This document shows positions 19,533-28,087 of a stretch of DNA of 64,000 bases, piece after piece (the first letter of the stretch is position 1; each line of letters starts with the position of its first letter). This DNA is from Polyangiales bacterium (GTDB lineage Bacteria; Myxococcota_A; Polyangia; Polyangiales; Ga0077539). The stretch covers positions 608,001 to 672,000 of the forward strand of contig JBGARZ010000003.1 in NCBI GenBank assembly GCA_044229975.1. Direction: 5' to 3'. A program made the position numbers and the translations under genes. The notes under the pieces are model-generated. The model searched no databases. It was not told the DNA's origin and worked only from the letters and a program-made list of their open reading frames with translations.

Positions 19533-21911
19533 TCAGAGCGGCGTGAAGCGCACGCGCGTGGTCGGAGTGACGGTGCCGACGTAGTTCACGCCGCGGGGAG
19601 AGGTGACCGAGCGGAAGTCCTGCAGGCCGACCGTGACGTTGGTCGGCGACACCACGGGGGTGCCTCCCGGCGACATGAACGGCGTGTTGAAGACCATGTC
19701 GAGGTAGCCCGCGGACTCGTAGGCGATGAGCTCGTAGGCGAAGGCAGTCGGGTCGAGCGTGCCTTCGGAGCTGTCGTAGAGCTGCGCGCCCGACGACTGC
19801 ACGACGAAGCGACGGTTGGGCGCGGCGCCCTGCACCGCGACGCACACGCCCTGCGAACCCTGCACGAGGTCGATGCCGAAGACGTACGCCGCCGGGAGGG
19901 GCGTTCCGGCCCGCGGGAGAGAGTTGTAGTGGCGCCACGGCATCGTCATGGGGAGGGCCGTGATGTTGGCGTAGTAGTCGCCAAACCCGACCCAGCCGTT
20001 GGAGCTCACGAAGTAGGTGAAGTTCGTCGAGCCCCAGAACTCCACCGGAAACGGCAGGATGCCTCGCTCGATGGCGTCGTCCTGGTTGGCCAGGATGCGC
20101 GTCATCCCGGGCAGCGAACACGCCTCGATCCAATCGACGCCCATGGGGGAGGTGCCAACGCTGTAGCCCGCGAAGGTCGGAAGCGAGCAGCGCCCCGCGA
20201 CGCAGGTACGGCCTCCCGTGCAGACGTTGCCACACGCGCCGCAGTGCTGGTTGTTGGCGACGGGCTCGGTCTCGCACCCGTTGGCCGCGAGGCCGTCGCA
20301 GTCGGCGTAGTTGGGGTTGCAGGTCGTGACGGTGCAGGCGCTCGCCGCGCAGGTTCCCGTCCCGTTGGCAGGCGCGCAGGCACGACCGCAGGCGCCGCAG
20401 TCGGTGCTGCTCGCCCGCACGTCGGTCTCGCAGCCGTTGAGCGCGTTGCCATCACAGTTGCCGAAGCCCGGCAGGCAGGTGATGCCGCACACCCCCGCAG
20501 CGCAGGAGGGCACCGAGTTGGGCCGCGTCGGACACGGCCGACCGCAGCCGCCGCAGTGCGTGATGGACGTGGTGGTGTCGACCTCGCACCCGTTGGCGGC
20601 GACCCCGTCGCAGTTGCCCGCGCCGGTCGAGCACGCCCCGAGCACGCACGCCCCCGCGACGCAGGTCGCCGCGGCCTGCGTGAACGCGCAGCTCCGACCG
20701 CACGCGCCGCAGTGCGCGACGGAGGTGGCGAGCGTCGTCTCGCAGCCGTTGTTGGTGTCACCGTCGCAGTTGTCGAAGCCGGTGTCGCAGCGGCCGATGG
20801 CGCACGCGCCCGCGACACACACCGCCGAGCCGCGGCTGAAGAGGCAGGCGGTGCTGCACAGCCGGCAGTGGTTCGCGTCGCTGAGGAGGTCGACCTCGCA
20901 GCCGTTGGCCGTGTCGCCGTCGCAGTCGCCGCGGCCGGTGGCGCACGCGGTGCGCGTACACACGCCGCCGACACACGCGGCCGTACCCCCGGCGATGGTG
21001 CACGCGCTGGCGCAGCGACCGCAGTGGGTGAGCGACCGGGCGACGTCGGTCTCGCAGCCGTTGGTCGGGTCGCCGTCGCAGTCGCCGTAGCCCATGGCGC
21101 ACGCGTACGAGCACGCCCCGCTCGCGCACGACGCGACGGTGTTGGGCCGCTCGGCGCACGGCCGACCGCAGCCGCCGCAGTGGGCGACCGAGGACTGGGT
21201 GTTGGCCTCGCAGCCGTTGGTGGGGTCGCCGTCGCAGTCGCCGAAGGGCTCGTTGCAGCGACCGACGCCGCAGCGGCTCGCCACACACGCCGGAACACCA
21301 TTGGCCGATGTGCAGAGCGAGCCACACACGCCGCAGTGGTTGGGGTCGGCCGCGGTGTCGACGCAGGCGCCGCCGCAGCAGGTGCGATCGGCGGGGCAGC
21401 CGCGCGCGGCGTCGCAACCGGCCACGCAGGCGCGGTCGAGGCAGCGCGTGCCGACGGGGCACTGGTCGGTGGTGAGACACTGCACGCACGCGTGGGTGGC
21501 CGGGTCGCAGTGCGACGCGGGAGCGCCCGCATCGGGGGCGCCCGCATCGGAGGTCATGGCGAGGCAGGCGTCGTCGTCGCGGCAGCCGGCAGCGCAGGTG
21601 TGATCGGCGGTGCAGTAGCGGCCATCGCCGCAGACATCGCGAGCGACGGTGCAGGCGACGCAGCGGCCTGCGACGGTGTCGCACACGGGGCGCTCGCTCG
21701 ACGCGAGGCCACACTCCTCGTCGTTGGCGCAGACGGTGGTGGCGGCGTCGGGGGTGTCCATGGTTCCGACGACGTCGGTGGTGAGCGTATCGACGACGGA
21801 GGCGTCGACGGGAGCGGCGCCGGGGACGTAGCGGTCCCACTCCCACGAGCAACCGAGGGCGGCGCAGAGCGAGGCGAGCGAAGCGGCGCGGAGGATGATG
21901 GAGTGGCGCAT
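19533..21911 (-). CDS. Cys-rich repeat lipoprotein (seven CDGxxxNGCE repeats)
   Basis: Lipobox ALGC; repeats such as GDCDGDPTNGCE..HCGGCG; C-terminal LPFPVEFWG...VSSNGW beta domain. Confidence 0.8.
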   Translation of the reverse strand: MRHSIILRAASLASLCAALGCSWEWDRYVPGAAPVDASVVDTLTTDVVGTMDTPDAATTVCANDEECGLASSERPVCDTVAGRCVACTVARDVCGDGRYCTADHTCAAGCRDDDACLAMTSDAGAPDAGAPASHCDPATHACVQCLTTDQCPVGTRCLDRACVAGCDAARGCPADRTCCGGACVDTAADPNHCGVCGSLCTSANGVPACVASRCGVGRCNEPFGDCDGDPTNGCEANTQSSVAHCGGCGRPCAERPNTVASCASGACSYACAMGYGDCDGDPTNGCETDVARSLTHCGRCASACTIAGGTAACVGGVCTRTACATGRGDCDGDTANGCEVDLLSDANHCRLCSTACLFSRGSAVCVAGACAIGRCDTGFDNCDGDTNNGCETTLATSVAHCGACGRSCAFTQAAATCVAGACVLGACSTGAGNCDGVAANGCEVDTTTSITHCGGCGRPCPTRPNSVPSCAAGVCGITCLPGFGNCDGNALNGCETDVRASSTDCGACGRACAPANGTGTCAASACTVTTCNPNYADCDGLAANGCETEPVANNQHCGACGNVCTGGRTCVAGRCSLPTFAGYSVGTSPMGVDWIEACSLPGMTRILANQDDAIERGILPFPVEFWGSTNFTYFVSSNGWVGFGDYYANITALPMTMPWRHYNSLPRAGTPLPAAYVFGIDLVQGSQGVCVAVQGAAPNRRFVVQSSGAQLYDSSEGTLDPTAFAYELIAYESAGYLDMVFNTPFMSPGGTPVVSPTNVTVGLQDFRSVTSPRGVNYVGTVTPTTRVRFTPL

Positions 21912-22879
21912 CAGAAGGTTCCTCCCACGCCGAGGCTGCGAGGACCGATGGCGACCGAGACGGGCGGCGGCGTCGACGATCGACCGATGGCGAAGAGGGT
22001 GATGGCCGCGGCGGCGCCCGCGATGCCGACGCCGAGCGAGATGTTGGTGAGGAGCTGATAGGTGCGCCCCGCGTCGACCTCGCTTTGCGGGATCGCGGAG
22101 CACGGCGTCACCGGGCAGCGTTGACCGAAGTCGTCGAAGCGACCGCTGGCCAGCACATAGAAGCCCGCGAACCCGGCGAAGCCGACCGCGCCGACGCCAA
22201 CGCCGATCCAGCCGAGCGCGCGGGGCGGACCACGACGCGGGGGTGGCGCAACGGGCGGCGGAGTGTTGACCACGACCGCGGGCGCGGTGACCTCCGGCTC
22301 GGGGAGGCGACGCAGCGCCACGCTCACCGTCGCCTCACGACCGACGGCCACCTCCGCACTGCGCTCTTCGCGCTCGAAGCCAGGCGCCTCGACGACGATG
22401 GCGAGCGCGCCGGGCATCACCGGGATGGCGATGCCGAGCGCCGCAACCGGGATCTCTCGCCCGTTGACGTGCACCGACGCCGTCGCGGGGATGTCCGGGA
22501 TGGTCAGCGTGAGGCGACCGACACGGGCCTCCGCTTGCGAGAGCTCTGCCTGCGCGGCGTCGCGGGTCTGTCGGTACCGCGGGTCTTGCAGCGCGCGGTC
22601 GGCGGCCTCGCGAACAGCGCGTTCGAACTCCGGCACGGCCTCATCGAAGCGGCCGAGCTCGCGCAGACAGCGACCGAGATAGAGCCGGGTGTTGGGCGAT
22701 CCGAAGAGGGCGATGGACGCGCGAAACTCCTCCAACGCGTGGGGATAGTCGTGGGCGTCGTAGAGCGCCGTGCCGCGGGTGAAGCGCTGCTGCGCGAAGG
22801 CCGGGCTCTCCTGCGCCGACGCGACCGAAGGGAGGGAGGCACCGACGAGGGCGGCGAAAACGAAAGGAAGAGTTCGCAT
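21911..22879 (-). CDS. TPR + PEGA domain protein with C-terminal TMs
   Basis: Signal peptide, FTRGTALY..ALEEFRAS..LGRCLRELGR, PEGA-like beta region, hydrophobic helices, terminal GVGGTF. Confidence 0.8.
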   Translation of the reverse strand: MRTLPFVFAALVGASLPSVASAQESPAFAQQRFTRGTALYDAHDYPHALEEFRASIALFGSPNTRLYLGRCLRELGRFDEAVPEFERAVREAADRALQDPRYRQTRDAAQAELSQAEARVGRLTLTIPDIPATASVHVNGREIPVAALGIAIPVMPGALAIVVEAPGFEREERSAEVAVGREATVSVALRRLPEPEVTAPAVVVNTPPPVAPPPRRGPPRALGWIGVGVGAVGFAGFAGFYVLASGRFDDFGQRCPVTPCSAIPQSEVDAGRTYQLLTNISLGVGIAGAAAAITLFAIGRSSTPPPVSVAIGPRSLGVGGTF

Positions 22880-22885
22880 GGGAGG

Positions 22886-24415
22886 TCAGATCGATCCGGG
22901 TCGGAACTCCCCCGTGGGAGTGGGGTCGGTCGTGGGTTGGGTGACGCCAGACCCGGGGCGGCGCGGCGGCGGGAGACGACGAACACCAGGCCGCGCGACG
23001 ACGACCGGGCGCGGCGTCTCGACGGGCGCGGCGGGTGGCGGTGGCGGCGGCGCGGCCTCGACCGGAGGCGGCACCACGACGGGCTCGGGCGGCGGTGCGA
23101 GCGGCGGTGCCTCGGGCGGCGCAGCGGGTCGGGCGGCGACGGGACGAGGCGCGGGGCGATCGGCGGGATGGCGAGCCGCGAGCGCGATGCCCGCCACCAG
23201 CAGGAGCAACAGCACCGGCAGGGCGATGAGCGCCCACGATCGGCTGCGCGCCGGGGCTGCGGGCTCGTCCAGTTCGAGCTCTGCTTCCAACTCAACAGGC
23301 GCTGCGGGCGCGAGCGGAGGGGGCAGCGATGACGCGAGGGACAACGAGAGGTCGGTACGGGCGAAGCGAACGGCCGACGGGTTGGTGAGCTCGGCGAGCA
23401 CCAGCGGCTCGCCCTCTCCGATGCGACGAACGAGGTCGCGCCGCGCGGTCAGGGTGGCGCCCTGGAGTTCTTGCACGAGGGCGCTCACGGCGCGGGCGTT
23501 GGCGATCTTGAGCGGAAGGTCTTCGATGGCGTCGGCGAAGGCGGCCGCCGTGGCGAAGCGCGCCTCAGGGTCGCGCGCGATGGCCTTCATCACGATGGGA
23601 TCAAACGCGGGGTCGATGTCGTCGGACACCTCCGACGGGCGCTTCACCTCGGCGCGCAGCACGGCCTCGACGGTCTCCACGTCGGTCTCGCCCCGGAAGA
23701 GCCGCTTGCCGGTGAGCGTCTCCCAGAGCACCACGCCGGCCGCGTAGATGTCCGTGCGGCGGCTCACCGATCCGCCCTCCCCGAGCTGCTCGGGCGCCAT
23801 GTACGAGAGCTTGCCCTTCACCTTCTTCAGCCCGGTGGTGGTGATGCGGGCCTGGGCCTTGGCGATGCCGAAGTCGGTGATGCGCGCGACCCCGTCGACG
23901 CCCACCAGGACGTTCTGCGGCGACACATCACGGTGCACCACCGCGAGCGCGGAGCCGTCGCCGTCGGTGAGCTCGTGCGCCGCGTGCAGTCCCGAGAGCA
24001 GGTCGATGAAGATGCGCGCCGTCACCCCGATGGGGACCCTGCGCGCGCGCCGGCCCGCGGCCTTGATGAGCCCCGAGAGCCGGTCGCCCTCGATGTACTC
24101 CATCACCAGGAAGAGCCGCCCGGCCTCGTCGCCCACGTCGAGGGTGCTCACCACGTTGGGGTGGTGGATCTTCGCCGCCAGCCGCGCCTCGTCGAGGAAC
24201 ATCCCCGCGAACTCCTCATCCGAGCGCAGGTGCGGGTGGCAGACCTTCACGGCCACGACGCGCTCGAAGCCCGCCACGCCCCGCGCCCGCCCGAGAAACA
24301 CCGAGGCCATGCCCCCGCTCGCGATCTCCGTCAGGAGCTCGTAGCGACCGAGCGCGCGAGCGTGCGGGGCAGCGTCTCCGCCCGGCGGCTCCTTGTTGTC
24401 GGCGTCTGACGCCAT
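22886..24415 (-). CDS. Membrane Ser/Thr protein kinase
   Basis: GGMASVF, VAVK, HRDVSPQN, DFGIAK, YMAPE; TM WALIALPVLLLLLVAG. Confidence 0.95.
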   Translation of the reverse strand: MASDADNKEPPGGDAAPHARALGRYELLTEIASGGMASVFLGRARGVAGFERVVAVKVCHPHLRSDEEFAGMFLDEARLAAKIHHPNVVSTLDVGDEAGRLFLVMEYIEGDRLSGLIKAAGRRARRVPIGVTARIFIDLLSGLHAAHELTDGDGSALAVVHRDVSPQNVLVGVDGVARITDFGIAKAQARITTTGLKKVKGKLSYMAPEQLGEGGSVSRRTDIYAAGVVLWETLTGKRLFRGETDVETVEAVLRAEVKRPSEVSDDIDPAFDPIVMKAIARDPEARFATAAAFADAIEDLPLKIANARAVSALVQELQGATLTARRDLVRRIGEGEPLVLAELTNPSAVRFARTDLSLSLASSLPPPLAPAAPVELEAELELDEPAAPARSRSWALIALPVLLLLLVAGIALAARHPADRPAPRPVAARPAAPPEAPPLAPPPEPVVVPPPVEAAPPPPPPAAPVETPRPVVVARPGVRRLPPPRRPGSGVTQPTTDPTPTGEFRPGSI

Positions 24416-24474
24416 GGCCTCGTGATTGTGCGTCCAGCGAAAGCGCCGTCGCAAGCTCCCATCTAGAGAGCCTT

Positions 24475-25494
24475 CTACACGTCCTCGGGGTCGTCGCCCA
24501 CCCCGAGGGTGTCCTCCACCGCGTCGCCGAAGCGCTCGACCAGCCGCGCCCGAAACCTCGCCCGCAGGCCGTTGGCGAGCTGCCCGAGGCGCTGCTTGGT
24601 CTGCCCGAAGCGGGCAGCCAGCTCGGACAGGGGCTTCGGGTCTTCGCCGCGCAGGTGCTCGTCCCACAGCGCGCGCTCCCGCGGGTCGGTGAGCGTTCGA
24701 CCGAACTCATCGGCCAGCTCGCGCAGGGCGCCGAGCACCTCGCGGCCCGCCGCCGCCCGCTCGGGATTGTCCGCGGAGGTCAGCGCTCCGGCGAAGTTGC
24801 CGCCAGGCCCGAGCATCGGCGCGTCGAGGCCCACTTCGCCGCCCGCGAGGGAGGCCGAGACCTCGCGCACGTCGGCCTCGGAGGTGTCGAGGTTGGCCGC
24901 GAGCTGCTTCGGGGTCGGGTCGATGCCCGCGCCGAGGAGGCGTCGACGCTCGCGTTCGAGCTGGAAGAAGAGCTTGCGACCCGCGCGGGTGTTGCCGGTG
25001 TGCACCAGCCGGAAGTTGGTCAACAGGAACCTCAACACGAAGGCCCTGATCCAATACGCGGCGTAGGTGCCGAAGCGCGCCCCCTGGTCGGGCTCCCACC
25101 GCCGTGACGCCTCGACGAGCCCGGTGGAGCCCTCCTGGATGAGGTCGAGGGCGTTGGTCCACTGGCGGCGAAACTCGAAGGCGATGTGCACCACGAGTCG
25201 GAGGTTGTGCACCACCAGCTTGCGCATCGCATCGGCGTCGCCCTCATCGCGCGCGCGTCGGCCGAGGGAGCGCTCCTCCTCCTCGCTGAGCAGGGGGTAG
25301 CGCTTGATCTGATCGAGGAAGCGCCCGATGGCGTCGCGCGGACCGGCCGGGACGATGGCCCGCTCGTCGTCGGGCGAGCGCACCAGCTCACCGCCAATCG
25401 ACTCGACGTCGAGGACCTCGCCGACGAGGGCCTCGTCGTCGTCATCGGGTGTGTTGTTGGAGTCGTCGTGCTCGTCGTCGTCCGGCGCGTTCAC
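24475..25494 (-). CDS. RpoH/sigma-32-family RNA polymerase sigma factor
   Basis: HNLRLVV, DLIQEG, RFGTYAAYWIRA, RpoH-box-like RKLFFQL; region 4 LSELAARFGQTKQRLGQ. Confidence 0.88.
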   Translation of the reverse strand: MNAPDDDEHDDSNNTPDDDDEALVGEVLDVESIGGELVRSPDDERAIVPAGPRDAIGRFLDQIKRYPLLSEEEERSLGRRARDEGDADAMRKLVVHNLRLVVHIAFEFRRQWTNALDLIQEGSTGLVEASRRWEPDQGARFGTYAAYWIRAFVLRFLLTNFRLVHTGNTRAGRKLFFQLERERRRLLGAGIDPTPKQLAANLDTSEADVREVSASLAGGEVGLDAPMLGPGGNFAGALTSADNPERAAAGREVLGALRELADEFGRTLTDPRERALWDEHLRGEDPKPLSELAARFGQTKQRLGQLANGLRARFRARLVERFGDAVEDTLGVGDDPEDV

Positions 25495-25546
25495 AGCGCG
25501 CGGTGGATAAGCACTTCCGAAGGCGGAGGGAAGGGAACGCGCTGGC

Positions 25547-26872
25547 TTAGTAGCGGTAGTGGTTGGGCTTGAAGGGCCCGGCCACTGGCACGCCGAGGTA
25601 GTCGGCCTGCGCGGTGCTCAGGGTCGAGAGCTCGACGCCGAGCTTGGCGAGGTGGAGCGAGGCGACCTTCTCGTCGAGCTCCTTCGGCAGCACGTGGACG
25701 CCGAGCGGGTACTTGGCCGGCTCGTTCCAGATGGCGAGCTGGGCGAGGCACTGGTTGGTGAAGGAGCTCGACATCACGAACGACGGGTGACCCGTGGCGC
25801 AGCCGAGGTTCATCAGGCGCCCGGAGGCGAGCACGGTGAGGCGCTTGCCGTTGGGGAAGATGTACTGGTCGAGCTGCGGCTTGATGTTCTCCTTCTTGAT
25901 CTCGGGGTGCTTCTCCAGATAGGCGACCTGGATCTCCGAGTCGAAGTGCCCGATGTTGGCGAGGATCGCGCTGTCCTTCATCCGCACCATGTGCTCGCCC
26001 GTGATGACGTCCGAGCAGCCCGTGGCGGTGATGAAGATGTCGGCCGTCTCGACGACGCTCTCCAGGCGACGAACCTCGTAGCCCTCCATCGCCGCCTGGA
26101 GCGCGCAGATGGGGTCGATCTCGGTGATGACCACGCGGGCGCCCATGCCGCGGAGCGACTGCGCGCAGCCCTTGCCCACGTCGCCGTAGCCGCAGACCAC
26201 CGCGAGCTTGCCCGCGACCATCACCTCGGTGGAGCGCTTGAGGCCGTCGAGCAGCGACTCGCGGCAGCCGTAGAGGTTGTCGAACTTCGACTTGGTCACC
26301 GAGTCGTTGACGTTGATGGCGGGGACCTTGAGCGTGCCCTTGCGGTGCATCTCGTACAGGCGGTGCACACCCGTGGTGGTCTCCTCGGAGATGCCGCGAA
26401 CGGGGTCGGCGCCCTCGAAGAGCTGCGGGTACTTGTTGTGGATCAGCACGGTGAGATCACCACCGTCGTCGAGGATCATGTTGGGGCCCTTGCCGCCCTC
26501 GAACGCGTAGATCTGCTGCTCCAGGCACCAGTCGTACTCGGCCTCGGTCTCGCCCTTCCACGCGAACACCGGCACGCCCGTCACCGCGATGGCGGCGGCG
26601 GCCTCGTCCTGCGTCGAGAAGATGTTGCAGCTCGTCCAGGTGACCTCGGCGCCGAGCGCAGTCAGCGTCTCGATGAGCACCGCGGTCTCGATGGTCATGT
26701 GCAGGCAGCCCGCGATGCGCGCGCCCTTGAGCGCCTTCGTCGGACCGAACTCCGCCCGCACGGCCATGAGCCCCGGCATCTCCTTCTCGGCCATGCGGAT
26801 CGCCTTGCGACCGAGCTCCGCCAGCGCGAGATCCTTGACCTTGTACTTCCCAGCCTTCTCGTTGTTGCTCAT
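25547..26872 (-). CDS. ahcY: Adenosylhomocysteinase
   Basis: [48 protein letters not shown]. Confidence 0.98.
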   Translation of the reverse strand: MSNNEKAGKYKVKDLALAELGRKAIRMAEKEMPGLMAVRAEFGPTKALKGARIAGCLHMTIETAVLIETLTALGAEVTWTSCNIFSTQDEAAAAIAVTGVPVFAWKGETEAEYDWCLEQQIYAFEGGKGPNMILDDGGDLTVLIHNKYPQLFEGADPVRGISEETTTGVHRLYEMHRKGTLKVPAINVNDSVTKSKFDNLYGCRESLLDGLKRSTEVMVAGKLAVVCGYGDVGKGCAQSLRGMGARVVITEIDPICALQAAMEGYEVRRLESVVETADIFITATGCSDVITGEHMVRMKDSAILANIGHFDSEIQVAYLEKHPEIKKENIKPQLDQYIFPNGKRLTVLASGRLMNLGCATGHPSFVMSSSFTNQCLAQLAIWNEPAKYPLGVHVLPKELDEKVASLHLAKLGVELSTLSTAQADYLGVPVAGPFKPNHYRY

Positions 26873-27918
26873 CGTCTCTTCTCTTTCTTCGCTGCGCTCG
26901 CAGCGACCTTCGTCGTCGATCGATCGTCCCCCGCCACCCTCGCGCTCAGCACCGTCCACGGCACGCCCCGGTCGGGACCGTTGCCGCGCCACGCCGCCGG
27001 AACCTCCACCACCGTCGCCTGCTCCAGGCCCGCCTCGCGCGCGAAGCGGCGCAGCTCGTCGGCCTCGAAGCCCAGCCACAGGTCGGCCTGCTGCGCCCGC
27101 AGCGCCTCGTCGTCGTGCGGACCGTAGTCGAGCACCATCACCGCGCCGCCCGGTCGCGCCAGCGCCGCCATGCGACGGAGCGTGTCGGCTGGCCGCGGCG
27201 CGTGGTGCAGCACCCTCGACGCAAACACCACATCAGCCCCGACCGGGCACAGCTTCTTCAGCGCCCGCCGCACCTCGACACCATCGACCTCGCCCTCGAC
27301 GAGCTCGACGTTGTCGAACCCGCGCTGCGCCACGCGCTCGGCGCTCATCGCGAGCTGCGCGCCCGCCCGATCGATGGCCAGCACCCGCGTGAACACCGGC
27401 GCCAGGATCTCCAGCAGTCGACCGTCACCCGTGCCCACGTCGACCGCGAGCGCGCGCTGCGGGATGAGCGGCGCTAGCGCCAGGAGGTAGGCCGCGAGCT
27501 CGGGCGGCGGGCCGACCACCACCGCGCCCTTCGACGAGCGCGCGAAGAACTCCCGCGTCGAGCGCTCGCGCGCCCCCACCACGTCGGCGACCCGCGCGAG
27601 GCTGCCGTCCTTGTCGCAGAGCGAGCGCCCGGTGCGCAGCGCGTCTTCGACCACGGCGTCTCTGCGCCCCTCGCCCGCCACCTGCACGAGAGCCCAGGTG
27701 CCGTGACGACGCACCTGCACCAGGCCCGCCTGCCGCAGGGCCGCGACGTGGCGCGATACGTTGGGCTGGAGCTCGCCGAGGAGCTCTGCGAGCTCACCCA
27801 CCGCGAGCGCGTCGACCGAGGCGAGCGCCAGCAGCCGCAGACGAACGGGCTCGGACAGGAGCCGGTACAGCTCCCATCGGGCCTGTGGGGTCGGGGCGTT
27901 GGCGAGCTGCGGCTCCAT
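26869..27918 (-). CDS. sahR: ArsR-HTH + SAM-methyltransferase regulator (SahR type)
   Basis: RLRLLAL...[30 protein letters not shown]; 4-bp overlap with ahcY. Confidence 0.82.
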   Translation of the reverse strand: MEPQLANAPTPQARWELYRLLSEPVRLRLLALASVDALAVGELAELLGELQPNVSRHVAALRQAGLVQVRRHGTWALVQVAGEGRRDAVVEDALRTGRSLCDKDGSLARVADVVGARERSTREFFARSSKGAVVVGPPPELAAYLLALAPLIPQRALAVDVGTGDGRLLEILAPVFTRVLAIDRAGAQLAMSAERVAQRGFDNVELVEGEVDGVEVRRALKKLCPVGADVVFASRVLHHAPRPADTLRRMAALARPGGAVMVLDYGPHDDEALRAQQADLWLGFEADELRRFAREAGLEQATVVEVPAAWRGNGPDRGVPWTVLSARVAGDDRSTTKVAASAAKKEKRR

Positions 27919-27930
27919 CCGGGGATCGGT

Positions 27931-27950
27931 ATATACGTCCATACGAATGT
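27931..27950. promoter_or_regulatory. Candidate SahR operator (20-bp imperfect palindrome ATATACG-N6-CGAATGT)
   Basis: AT-rich imperfect inverted repeat (5/7 arm pairs) 12 bp upstream of the sahR ATG, in a GC-rich background. Confidence 0.5.
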
Positions 27951-28087
27951 CTGCAAGCACCGACCGTGACTCGGGTCATCCGCGGGCATTCCGAGGCTGC
28001 GGGGAGCGTCTCTGCTAGCGACGGGCGGACGTTTGCTCATAGAGTCCGACCCGTTCGGCGGACGCTGAACAGGGAGTGTTTTGACCC

